64,000 bases of DNA, taken from positions 66,917-130,916 of the forward strand of contig CATXCY010000002.1 in assembly GCA_958366945.1 (NCBI GenBank). Direction: 5' to 3'. The notes beneath the pieces are model-generated. The model was not told the DNA's origin, made no database searches, and worked only from the letters and a program-made list of their open reading frames with translations. This document shows, in pieces, positions 24,680 to 33,316 of this stretch. A program made the position numbers and the translations under genes. The stretch comes from an uncultured bacterium. Its GTDB lineage: Bacteria > Vulcanimicrobiota > Xenobia > Xenobiales > Xenobiaceae. Positions within the stretch are counted from its first letter, which is position 1; every line of letters begins with the position of its first letter.

Positions 24680-26749
24680 CTAAGGATGAGAGAAAATAAA
24701 AGTCTGATCATCGGAAGTAAACTTTTTACTCCATTTTCCGGTGATTTCGCGAGCTCTCTTTCCTCTGCTTTTCCAGGTGATAGTTATGTTGTAGGTCTCG
24801 TCAAGATTGGCTTCGTCACAGCGCAGTTCTGTGTAATTGTCGCCGTTGTCGTCCCACCAAGTATTTTGCCAGTGCTTACTGAGGTTGCCATCTTGAGTAA
24901 CTTCAATTTTAGAAATGTACAGGCGGCGATCTCTAGGGCCAACACGCAAACTTTCGGCTTTAACGGTAAAATTGCCAGTTTTGACAGCTTCTTCACCATC
25001 GACAGTTTGATCTTTGGGAAGTTTTTTCAGTTCTACTTTTACTCTTTTAGTTTGTCCGTCATTGATCGCAATTTTGCCACGACCGACCTTATAGCCAGAC
25101 TTAGAGACAGAAATGCGTACTAAACGATCAGGAGGAACGTTTCTAATGATAAAAGCTCCACTCTGGTCGGTTAAACCACGCTGACCACTGCTTAAAGCCA
25201 CTCTAGCTCCTTTGATCGGTCGCCCTTGATAAGAGACTACTTCGCCTACTAAGGTGGCATTGCCGCTTATACTGGAAGCGCCGGGCAGTAAATAAGAAGC
25301 GTCATCATCTGAGGCTGCTTCTCGCAACTTGCTCTGAATTTGACTTTGCTTTTCGTAGTAGTTTGCATTATTTTTTTGTTGTTCGGCTTCCAGGGCTGCA
25401 TCATCTGGAGAAACGGCCTTTACTGCCTTAGCTTGTGGAGCAGATTCGCTCTTGGAGCTTGTATTAGCTTTGCTAAGGTCTATGTTATTTAAGTCGTATT
25501 CTACGTTGGCGATCTCTTTATCGATAGAGCTTAATTTATTGACAGAAGCCGAACTGGCAGATTTGGAAACGGAGCTTTTGGCTGCTGTCTGTTGCGCAGC
25601 GGCTTTAGGAGCGGTAGTTGCAGACTTAGTAGCAGACTGAGTAGCGGGCTTAACGCCGACGTATGCTTTGGAGGTTGATGGCTTAGCGGATACAGCTTTG
25701 CCTGTTGTGCCTGTTTTGACAGTCGAGGTGGCCGCTTTGGCCAAGTTGGTTTTGTGGGAGGAAATGGCTACTAAATTGGCTGTACTCGGACGGCCGTTGA
25801 CGCTGACTCGCAAGGAGCCGGAAGGTATGCCTTGAGCCATTTTAAATTTTATATAGTTGGGCTGCCAATCTAAAATACTGCTATTAGGCAAAGCCATACC
25901 GGCAATAGAAACGGTGCCAGTTTCTCGGCTGCCTAAGCGGCTGCCTTTTACGAAGACAGTATCGCCCACAGCTGGACTGGCTGGGGATACTTGAGCTACT
26001 TCAGGAAAAGCTTGTACTGGTAAATCGATATTCCAATTTAAGCGTAAAGGCTCGCGACAATATAAAGCAAAAATTTGGCCTGGAGCCACTAGACTATTTA
26101 AGCTTTTGCCCGCTTTTGTCCAGCGGCCGTTGACGAAGGTATTGCTATCTGGAGAAATCCAAGTTCGCTGTGGCCAACTGGCTCTCTCTTTAAGATCGGC
26201 AGGTACAATAGTTTGGCCACTCATATTAGTAAGAGTGACTGCAGGGGTGTCAATCGCTTTCATACTTGGCAAGCCAACCAAGTTCCAACCTGGTTGCAAA
26301 CTGGTAGCAATAGGTTGCTGAGATAGTTGCTTTTTGCTTGTAAAGTAAATCTTACAAGGCGAATCAGAATACGTTATGTAAGCTAAGCCTGGCTCTAAGC
26401 TTTGAGGATTATTTACGGGATCGATAGGTATGTAAGAATTGCGGCTCATTTTATAGAGCATACGCTTTAGGCCCCAGACCGATTCAACTTGGCTGACGGG
26501 GAAAGAAACTATTTGCCAACCGGCTACAGCACTTATGGAGCTGGCTTTGCCAATAACAGGAGGAACGGTTTGGGCTGAATAGGTGATAACTGGAGGGGGA
26601 GCTGCAGGCAAAGGAGGAGGAGCCTCTTGGCCTACAGTTTGGGCCGACACTTTAGAGCTGAATAGGCAGCTTAAGAACAATACCGCTAAAAGTATTCCTA
26701 GGCAACGGCTTTGCGGTTGAGGCCGATTGCTTGGCATCTTTCTTTTCAC
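24680..26749 (-). CDS. Secreted multidomain protein (IPT/TIG-like + carboxypeptidase-regulatory-like domains, Ser/Ala/Lys-rich linker)
   Basis: Signal peptide LFSSKVSAQT. IPT-like GDTVFVKGSRLG...VSVNGRPS, and CarboxypepD_reg-like GEVVSYQGRPIKGARVAL...SGAFIIRNVPP. Confidence 0.6.
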   Translation of the reverse strand: MKRKMPSNRPQPQSRCLGILLAVLFLSCLFSSKVSAQTVGQEAPPPLPAAPPPVITYSAQTVPPVIGKASSISAVAGWQIVSFPVSQVESVWGLKRMLYKMSRNSYIPIDPVNNPQSLEPGLAYITYSDSPCKIYFTSKKQLSQQPIATSLQPGWNLVGLPSMKAIDTPAVTLTNMSGQTIVPADLKERASWPQRTWISPDSNTFVNGRWTKAGKSLNSLVAPGQIFALYCREPLRLNWNIDLPVQAFPEVAQVSPASPAVGDTVFVKGSRLGSRETGTVSIAGMALPNSSILDWQPNYIKFKMAQGIPSGSLRVSVNGRPSTANLVAISSHKTNLAKAATSTVKTGTTGKAVSAKPSTSKAYVGVKPATQSATKSATTAPKAAAQQTAAKSSVSKSASSASVNKLSSIDKEIANVEYDLNNIDLSKANTSSKSESAPQAKAVKAVSPDDAALEAEQQKNNANYYEKQSQIQSKLREAASDDDASYLLPGASSISGNATLVGEVVSYQGRPIKGARVALSSGQRGLTDQSGAFIIRNVPPDRLVRISVSKSGYKVGRGKIAINDGQTKRVKVELKKLPKDQTVDGEEAVKTGNFTVKAESLRVGPRDRRLYISKIEVTQDGNLSKHWQNTWWDDNGDNYTELRCDEANLDETYNITITWKSRGKRAREITGKWSKKFTSDDQTFIFSHP

Positions 26750-26918
26750 AGAATTATTTTATCTCCCAATTGTTTGAAGAGGCTCGGAGCTTGCATACTT
26801 CATAGAAACAGCGTCGCTTGAGGTCGACTGATTCTGTTTTCGAACCGCTTATTTACCATAAAGTTTAGCAACAATCTTCTGTTTCTGAAAGTGTGTAAAC
26901 TGTTTTTGGCTGGGTATT

Positions 26919-28106
26919 TTATAAAGGCAAATTTTCTAAATAGATCTTTTGACTAATTTGTGGATCTTTTTCTAAAACATGGCTCGAATTTAGTAAGGCT
27001 TGAGTAAGATCGCTAAGTTTAAGTGTGTCTGTTTTAGGTAAAAAACAGAGCGAATTGGCAAAATGACGTCCTAAAGTATGGCAAGCTAAAGCTAAAGCTT
27101 GGTATTGCTCCGGACTAACTGGTAAAGAGCTAGAAACTAACTCTTGCTCAATTTCAGGCGGAATAGGTTGAGCTTGGCGCAATTCACTGTTGCTTTCTTG
27201 CTGATAAAATTCTTCCCAAGCGAGCAAACAACAATAAAAAGCTTGAGTGAATTTTTGGCTATATTGGTGAGGAGTTTGGGAAACTTCCTTGCTAGAACCA
27301 GCACTTTGGCTTAAGTCTCTGATTGGATAATTGTTGGAGCTGGGGCCCAAATTTTCTCCTATAGCTGTTAGTTTATTGGAAGAAAGGCCTAAAGCTCTTT
27401 GGCGCAAGATGTCCCATACCACTTGCGGCTCGTGCCACGCGGCCAATAATGAGCAACAATCGGCGAAAGCTTCATGGACGGCGGCGGTTTCAAAGTCTTG
27501 ATAGTTGTAATGATGTCGACTGTCTAAAATGGCATGACCAGTTTCGTGGCTGATTGCATCGGGATGTATATATTCGGCGTTGTGGCTCAGCCCGATACAC
27601 TTAAATGGAGCTTGTTGGTAAAAAGGCAAGTTGCTTTGTACTTGAGGATGGCCTATGACAATTGGTAAAGGCCCGTTGCTTAAAGCGAAGTCCCGTCCCA
27701 AATCGGCTGAAAAGGAGTTTAGCGTCTTTTGCGCCGTTTGTATGGCTTGCAAATGCTGCCCCGAGCATTTGAGCGAATTTGCTTCAATTTGAGGCAAAAT
27801 TTCCTCTAAATTGCGCTCGGGGCCATAGTGCCACACCTCAAAATCTTGGCTGCGTGCTACTACAGGCACACGCCAATGCTCGTAAAATGAACGCCATTCC
27901 GGCCCTTGCTGCGGCGGCAATTGATCGGCTTGGGAGGTAACGGCAGATATTTCACTTTTGTCTTGAGGCTGTGCGCTTAAAACTTCCAAACTTTCAGCCA
28001 ATTCAGTAGGGACAGCTCGGTTGGGAGCTGCGTGAGTGCGGCAATTTAAGCTGAAGCCATTTAAAGGACGATAAGTTAGGCTATCAATTGCCGCATATTG
28101 GTACAT
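26919..28106 (-). CDS. Gluzincin (thermolysin/M4-like) metalloprotease candidate without a signal peptide
   Basis: HETGH (HExxH) is followed ~20 residues later by HEAFAD, which matches the NEAxSD third-ligand motif of M4 enzymes. No N-terminal hydrophobic signal. Confidence 0.5.
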   Translation of the reverse strand: MYQYAAIDSLTYRPLNGFSLNCRTHAAPNRAVPTELAESLEVLSAQPQDKSEISAVTSQADQLPPQQGPEWRSFYEHWRVPVVARSQDFEVWHYGPERNLEEILPQIEANSLKCSGQHLQAIQTAQKTLNSFSADLGRDFALSNGPLPIVIGHPQVQSNLPFYQQAPFKCIGLSHNAEYIHPDAISHETGHAILDSRHHYNYQDFETAAVHEAFADCCSLLAAWHEPQVVWDILRQRALGLSSNKLTAIGENLGPSSNNYPIRDLSQSAGSSKEVSQTPHQYSQKFTQAFYCCLLAWEEFYQQESNSELRQAQPIPPEIEQELVSSSLPVSPEQYQALALACHTLGRHFANSLCFLPKTDTLKLSDLTQALLNSSHVLEKDPQISQKIYLENLPL

Positions 28107-28370
28107 GTCAGTCGGCCCTTTCCTTTACTCGTACTTAGGCCGACAGCTTTGGTTCGGGGAGATGTCAGCCTTTGTACTCAGAGTATGGCAGACAAAAGTG
28201 AAAAAAATTATATCGTACTATTAAGTACTGATTGCCGCCGTTTGACAAAAATGTAAATATGTCAGTTTGTGTTGGGCGTTCATTTTTCGCTGCCCGCAAG
28301 GCGGCTTAGGGCGGCTGAGAAATTTTGTGCTTTAGCTATAAGCCGGATAAGAAAAATCCCGGCGCACTAA

Positions 28371-28411
28371 AATAAAAAAGCCGCTCCGACTTCCAATCTG
28401 GTCGGAGCGGC
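28371..28411 (-). terminator. Rho-independent terminator of the SRPBCC gene
   Basis: gccgctccgac (28380-28390) pairs with gtcggagcggc (28401-28411). The A-run at 28373-28379 gives a T-run on the minus strand. Confidence 0.75.
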
Positions 28412-28447
28412 TCGTTAACGGATAACATTTGTGGCTTGACGAGAAAC

Positions 28448-29560
28448 TTAATCGTCTTGATCGTCCAGCTCTTCGCCGGGATTAGGCACAGGATCCGGCT
28501 CTTCGTCCTCTGGCTCAAGCGGAGGCGGAGGCAGCTCACTTTCTTCAAAAGAATCGGCGCTCTGGATGAGCTCTTCTTTTATTTTGGCTGCTTGCTCTTC
28601 GGCTTCGCGAGTCATGCGCAAGAGCTCATCTTCGCTATTGCCAGCTTGTAAAATTTCTTGAGCTGCTGCCAGGGCTGCCGCTTGAGCTTCGGCTTGCATT
28701 TTGGCTTGGCGCTCAGCTTCTTTGGCCGCCTTGCGGGCAGCGATAGTTTGGCGTGCTTCTTCTTCAGCTTTTAAGATGATGTGAAGCACGCTGACAGCTT
28801 GCTCCATAAAGCGGTTGATCTCGGCCAATTTTTCGTCGCTAATGGTATCGCCGTAAGTAGAACCGCGTACCAAAATAGCCGTGCGCTCGGCGCTGCCTGT
28901 AAAAGACTTAAATTCTATAAAACCGGTAATTTCTCGCCAGGTGACCAAAAGCTCATGGCTAGTTACGGCCATGACTTTCCCTGTAAGATTCATGCCGTTT
29001 TTAAGCTTTAAGCTTACTGGGGTGCCAGGATCGCCGATAGAACCAGACTTGGCTAGCCACTTAGTCAAACCGTCTTCGTCCTTGTAATAGTGCATAAGGC
29101 GACTATTTTCGTAGGGAGCGGTAATAATGGCAAAAAAAGTACGGCGGTTTTTATTCCAAAAGTTCTCTACATAGGTCTTAAATAAGGCCAAAGACATTTC
29201 CCAGCCAGATTTTGCGTCGCCTGCTCCGGCTTGACCTTCAGCACCTGGGCCCGTTTCGACTATTTCCACACGACAGCCATTCCCATAAGAGCGTATGGAA
29301 ATATTGAGCGTTTGTGTACCTAAGCCGGGAATAAGCGACTTCATAACTACTTTTTTGGGCGGAATAATGGTCGGCAAATAATAGTCTATGCTGAAGCCAA
29401 ACTTCTCCCAAGTCATAGTTAAGGTACCGCCATAACCAGGCCAACCCACAACCTTATCACAGAACCAGCGAGACAAATGCTCCGGTTCTGTCCAGGCTTC
29501 AAAGGCACGCTCTGGGGCAACTTTAGTAATTGTATATCGTCTTATTTCCGGGACGCTCAT
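28448..29560 (-). CDS. Tandem SRPBCC/AHSA1-like domain protein with a coiled-coil and acidic tail
   Basis: PERAFEAWTEPEHLSRWF is a typical AHSA1/SRPBCC N-terminus. A second similar domain follows. The C-terminus is an Ala/Glu/Lys/Gln coiled coil and then a Pro/Glu/Asp tail. Confidence 0.65.
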   Translation of the reverse strand: MSVPEIRRYTITKVAPERAFEAWTEPEHLSRWFCDKVVGWPGYGGTLTMTWEKFGFSIDYYLPTIIPPKKVVMKSLIPGLGTQTLNISIRSYGNGCRVEIVETGPGAEGQAGAGDAKSGWEMSLALFKTYVENFWNKNRRTFFAIITAPYENSRLMHYYKDEDGLTKWLAKSGSIGDPGTPVSLKLKNGMNLTGKVMAVTSHELLVTWREITGFIEFKSFTGSAERTAILVRGSTYGDTISDEKLAEINRFMEQAVSVLHIILKAEEEARQTIAARKAAKEAERQAKMQAEAQAAALAAAQEILQAGNSEDELLRMTREAEEQAAKIKEELIQSADSFEESELPPPPLEPEDEEPDPVPNPGEELDDQDD

Positions 29561-29788
29561 AAGCTCTAAGAAGTTCGCTCGATTTTTGTGAATTCCTAGT
29601 CCTTTAGGAGTCGCCGTTCTCTTGTGTTTCCCTGCTTAGTTGACAACAGATCGAATATTGTAAGCCCTTATCGATGTTAAAAAATGTGCGGGCAGTTGTT
29701 CTTGAGGGCGGAATAAGTAGGCTCTTCTTGAATAAGTCGGCGGCGCGTATAGTTCTATTAAGTTTCGCATTATAGAGAGGTCTACTCC

Positions 29789-31702
29789 ATGTATACTTTT
29801 ATTTCCGCTCCAATTTTCCATGCTGCAATTCCACCATATTGCTGTAGGCTTAATGGCAGTAATCGTTTACTTCTTCGTTTACGTTTAAGTCAAGAATTGG
29901 CTGTTGAAAATGTTTATGTGCGTACGGCTCCAGAAGGGGAAGAGCGTTTTATAGAAGCTGCTCGCAAGCCACAAAGTGAAGCGCCGGAATTGGCCAAACG
30001 CTACGACAATAGGTGGGAATGGTGGGAAGCTTATGTAGAAGTGGACGTGCCCTTATTGCACTATCGTTTTTGCTGTGTAACGGCTAAGGGCAATCTTTAT
30101 TTTAATGCCAAAGGTTTATGTTCTTTTACTCCTTTAGACAGAGACGACTTTAAGGTCTCTTTGGTAAATGAACCTCCTGAATGGGTGCAAGACTCAATCT
30201 TCTATCAAATTTTCCCGGAGCGCTTCTGTTGTGGCGATAGTTCTACCAATGTGAAAGATGGAGAATACACTTTAGCTGGTAAAACTGCCAAAGCCTTTGC
30301 TTGGAGCGATCCCGTAGATCAATCTTCTGGCAATTGCTCTTTTTATGGCGGAGATTTGCCTGGCATTACTTCCAAATTGGATTACTTGTGTGAATTAGGC
30401 GTAAACGCTCTGTATTTAACGCCCATTTTTACTTCTCCGAGCAACCATAAGTATGATGTGGCTGATTACTATAATGTAGATCCGCACTTTGGCGGCAATA
30501 AAGCTTTAGCTCAATTGCGTCAAGCGACTAAAGACAGACATATGCGTTTGGTGCTCGATTTAGTACCCAACCATTGCGGCGATCATAATGAATGGTTTAA
30601 AAAAGCCAGGCAGGATAAAAACGCTCCGGAGTATTCTTTCTTTACTTTCTATAACGACAACCCTGATCAATACGAAATGTGGCTGGGAGTAAGCACTTTG
30701 CCACGCTTAAATTATCGCTCTCAAGAATTGCGCCGACGCATGTATGCCGATAGAGATTCTATTATGCGTCGTTGGTTACGTGAGCCTTATTCTATAGACG
30801 GTTGGCGTTTAGATGTTGCTAATATGCTGGCCAGACAAAAAATGGATCAATTAGGTCACGAAATAGGCCGAGAAATGAGACAAGCAGTCAAAGAAGAAGC
30901 TCCGCAAACTTGGCTTTTGGGCGAACAATTTTTCGATCCGAGTGATTATCAACAAGGCGATGAGTTTGATGCTTCCATGAATTATCGAGCTTTTTGTATG
31001 CCTATGAACCAGTGGATGGCCGGTTTTGATTTTGAAGCTTTTAAAGGTAAAGGTTGGGGCGATAAAGCACCTCTGGCTGATATAGATCTTGTGGAACAAA
31101 TGCAAAGCTTCCGAGCTGCTATTCCTGAGAAAAACGCTCTCAATATGCTTAATTTATTGGGCAGCCACGACTTGCCACGCGTTAGAACTTTCAATCAAGG
31201 TAAATCTACGAAAGCATCTGCTCTTTACATTTTTATGTTTGCTTATCAGGGAGTGCCTTGCATTTATTATGGCGATGAAATAGGTATGGAAGGTGGCAAA
31301 GATCCCGATAACCGTCGTCCCATGATTTGGGATCGAACCCAATGGCATAGCCGTATGCTGGCAATCATGGAAAAATTGTGCGCTGCACGCAAACAAGTAG
31401 AAAGCTTGCGCCGCGGTGGTTTGCAATGGCTTTACGCTGAAGGTGGTAGTTTGGCTTTTATGCGTGAAGGCCAAGGCCCCAGAGCTATTTGTGCTATTAC
31501 CAGAGAAAATCGGCCTATTGAAAGTAGTGAGTCTGGCGTTTCTACACATACCGCTATTTCCGTTAAAGCAGCCGCTTTACCTGAAGGCACACGCTTTAGG
31601 GGAGTAATTTACAATTCAACTGCTGTGGTTAAAGATGGTATGCTGTCTGTTATTCCTAAGCAAATAGGCGGTGCGGAAATTTGGGTTGAAGAAATTGATT
31701 AG
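29789..31702 (+). CDS. GH13 alpha-amylase-family enzyme, MalZ/neopullulanase-like
   Basis: GH13 regions are YGGDLPGITSKLDYLCELGVNALYLTPIF, LVLDLVPNHCG, DGWRLDVANML, LLGEQF and LLGSHDLPR. The N-terminal extension is like maltodextrin glucosidase. Confidence 0.85.
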   Translation: MYTFISAPIFHAAIPPYCCRLNGSNRLLLRLRLSQELAVENVYVRTAPEGEERFIEAARKPQSEAPELAKRYDNRWEWWEAYVEVDVPLLHYRFCCVTAKGNLYFNAKGLCSFTPLDRDDFKVSLVNEPPEWVQDSIFYQIFPERFCCGDSSTNVKDGEYTLAGKTAKAFAWSDPVDQSSGNCSFYGGDLPGITSKLDYLCELGVNALYLTPIFTSPSNHKYDVADYYNVDPHFGGNKALAQLRQATKDRHMRLVLDLVPNHCGDHNEWFKKARQDKNAPEYSFFTFYNDNPDQYEMWLGVSTLPRLNYRSQELRRRMYADRDSIMRRWLREPYSIDGWRLDVANMLARQKMDQLGHEIGREMRQAVKEEAPQTWLLGEQFFDPSDYQQGDEFDASMNYRAFCMPMNQWMAGFDFEAFKGKGWGDKAPLADIDLVEQMQSFRAAIPEKNALNMLNLLGSHDLPRVRTFNQGKSTKASALYIFMFAYQGVPCIYYGDEIGMEGGKDPDNRRPMIWDRTQWHSRMLAIMEKLCAARKQVESLRRGGLQWLYAEGGSLAFMREGQGPRAICAITRENRPIESSESGVSTHTAISVKAAALPEGTRFRGVIYNSTAVVKDGMLSVIPKQIGGAEIWVEEID

Positions 31703-31906
31703 AAATTAAGCAAAAAAGCTCTAAAATTGGTACTTTTTAGGCCAAAGAGCTTATCACAAGTTTCGCTATGAACTTAAAAATATAGCGGAATATTTTTGCT
31801 TTGGCAGCAAAATGCACAATATTCCCTTTATTGTGTGCAGGATAAAAAAGGACATTGTCTAAAACGATGCCAGTTTTTTAACCATTTTTTTTGGAGTGTA
31901 TATACT

Positions 31907-33115
31907 GTGGCCGACATCAACCTCGACAGAGTAAAAAAAATTATCAACGAATTAGAAGCTAACCCTACTGATCTTTACAACAACAGCTTCTTTATTACTT
32001 GGCGCTACCCCAAAGAGACCATCAACGCCGTTCTTTTAGTGGCTGAAGCTTTGCAGCGTTTAAATCGCGCCGGCAAGTCCGTAAAAGTTTTCGATACCGG
32101 GTTAGGTTTGTCCATCTTCCGCGATAAGTCCACCCGTACCCGTTATTCCTTCAAGTCCGCTTGCAACATGCTCGGCTTGGGCACCGAAGAACTCGACGAG
32201 AGCACTTCCCAGATCGCTCACGGTGAGACCGTTCGCGAAACCGCTACCATGATTTCTTTCTTAACCGAAGTTATCGGTATTCGTGATGACATGTTCATTG
32301 GCGAAGGTCACCGCTATCAGAAAGAAATGTCCGATTCCATTCAGGAAAGCTACGAGCATGGCATTTTGCCTAACCGCACTTCCGTAGTCAACTTACAGTG
32401 CGACCTCGACCATCCCACCCAGGCTTTGGCCGACTTGAGTCACATCATCGAGCGTTTCGGTGGCGTAGAAAACTTGCGTGGTAAGAAAGTGGCCATGACT
32501 TGGGCCTACTCTCCCAGCTACGGTAAGCCCCTCTCCGTTCCTCAGGGTATCATCGGTTTGATGAGTCGTTTCGGTATGGATGTAAGCTTGGCTTACCCCG
32601 AAGGTTACGATCTGTTGGATGAGCCCGTCGAAGCCGCTCGCAAGTTCTCCCAGGAGACCGGCGGTAGCTTCAACATCACCCACTCCATGGAAGAAGCTTT
32701 CGAAAATGCTGACATCGTCTATCCTAAGAGCTGGGCTCCCTTCACTGTAATGCAAGAGCGCACCGAGTTGCTTCGTTCCGGCCGCGCTTCCGAGCTCAAG
32801 GCCCTCGAAGAGAGAGCTTTGGCCCACAACGCTACCCACAAAGATTGGGAATGCACTGAAGAGATGATGAAACTTACCCGCAACGGTAAGGCTCTCTATT
32901 GCCACTGCTTACCCGCCGACATCAGCGGCGTCAGCTGCAAAGAAGGCGAATGCGCCGCTTCCGTATTTGAGCGCTACCGCTTAGATACCTATGCCGAAGC
33001 TGCCCACAAGCCTTTCGTAATTGCCGCTATGATCTTGCTCACCCGCTTCCAGAACCCCGTCAACACTCTCGTTCAGCTCCTCGAGCGCGACAGAGAGCGT
33101 CGCATCGTACGCTAG
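31907..33115 (+). CDS. ygeW: Knotted carbamoyltransferase, YgeW type
   Basis: Long stretches match E. coli YgeW as I remember it: SQIAHGETVRETA, VNLQCDLDHPTQ, MTWAYSPSYGKPLSVPQGIIGLM, IVYPKSWAP and HCLPADISGVSCKEGE. GTG start at 31907 with GGAG 10 nt upstream. The ORF track start at 31796 is probably too early. Confidence 0.85.
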   Translation: MADINLDRVKKIINELEANPTDLYNNSFFITWRYPKETINAVLLVAEALQRLNRAGKSVKVFDTGLGLSIFRDKSTRTRYSFKSACNMLGLGTEELDESTSQIAHGETVRETATMISFLTEVIGIRDDMFIGEGHRYQKEMSDSIQESYEHGILPNRTSVVNLQCDLDHPTQALADLSHIIERFGGVENLRGKKVAMTWAYSPSYGKPLSVPQGIIGLMSRFGMDVSLAYPEGYDLLDEPVEAARKFSQETGGSFNITHSMEEAFENADIVYPKSWAPFTVMQERTELLRSGRASELKALEERALAHNATHKDWECTEEMMKLTRNGKALYCHCLPADISGVSCKEGECAASVFERYRLDTYAEAAHKPFVIAAMILLTRFQNPVNTLVQLLERDRERRIVR

Positions 33116-33149
33116 TTCTTTAAGCTTAGTCGCTTGACAATTTAGGCTA

Positions 33150-33201
33150 AAGCCTCTCGCTGAATAGTTCCTCTTAGGAAAAGAAGCGAGAGGCTTTTTT
33201 T
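33150..33201 (+). terminator. Rho-independent terminator of ygeW
   Basis: aagcctctcgct (33150-33161) pairs with agcgagaggctt (33185-33196), followed by T7. Confidence 0.8.
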
Positions 33202-33231
33202 AGATAAGTGAGTTCGCGCTTATATGTGGCG

Positions 33232-33286
33232 CAACTAAAAAATAAAGCAGCTTGCTTTTAATGGTTGAAAGCAAACTGCTTTTTTC
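33232..33286. terminator. Bidirectional terminator (serves the minus-strand htrA-like gene)
   Basis: aaagcagcttgcttt (33244-33258) pairs with aaagcaaactgcttt (33268-33282) at 14 of 15 positions. T-runs follow on both strands. Confidence 0.7.
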
Positions 33287-33316
33287 TATACTGACTAGAA
33301 ACTAAAAAATAATCTC

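Noticed and set aside
24623-25123. 166-aa + strand ORF overlapping the 3' part of the 689-aa secreted protein gene
   Set aside because: It is antisense to a longer ORF that has a signal peptide and recognisable domains. No RBS or motif.
28107-28370. Small RNA or leader element in the 340-bp spacer between the metalloprotease-like and SRPBCC genes
   Set aside because: Apart from the SRPBCC terminator and one hairpin (gtcggcc...ggccgac, about 28110-28146), I see no promoter-terminator pair defining an independent transcript. This is insufficient evidence.
32393-32905. 170-aa antisense ORF inside the ygeW-type gene
   Set aside because: It lies fully within a gene that has very strong homology-like motifs. 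The open antisense frame is the expected by-product of C-ending codon bias. It has no start context or recognisable motif.
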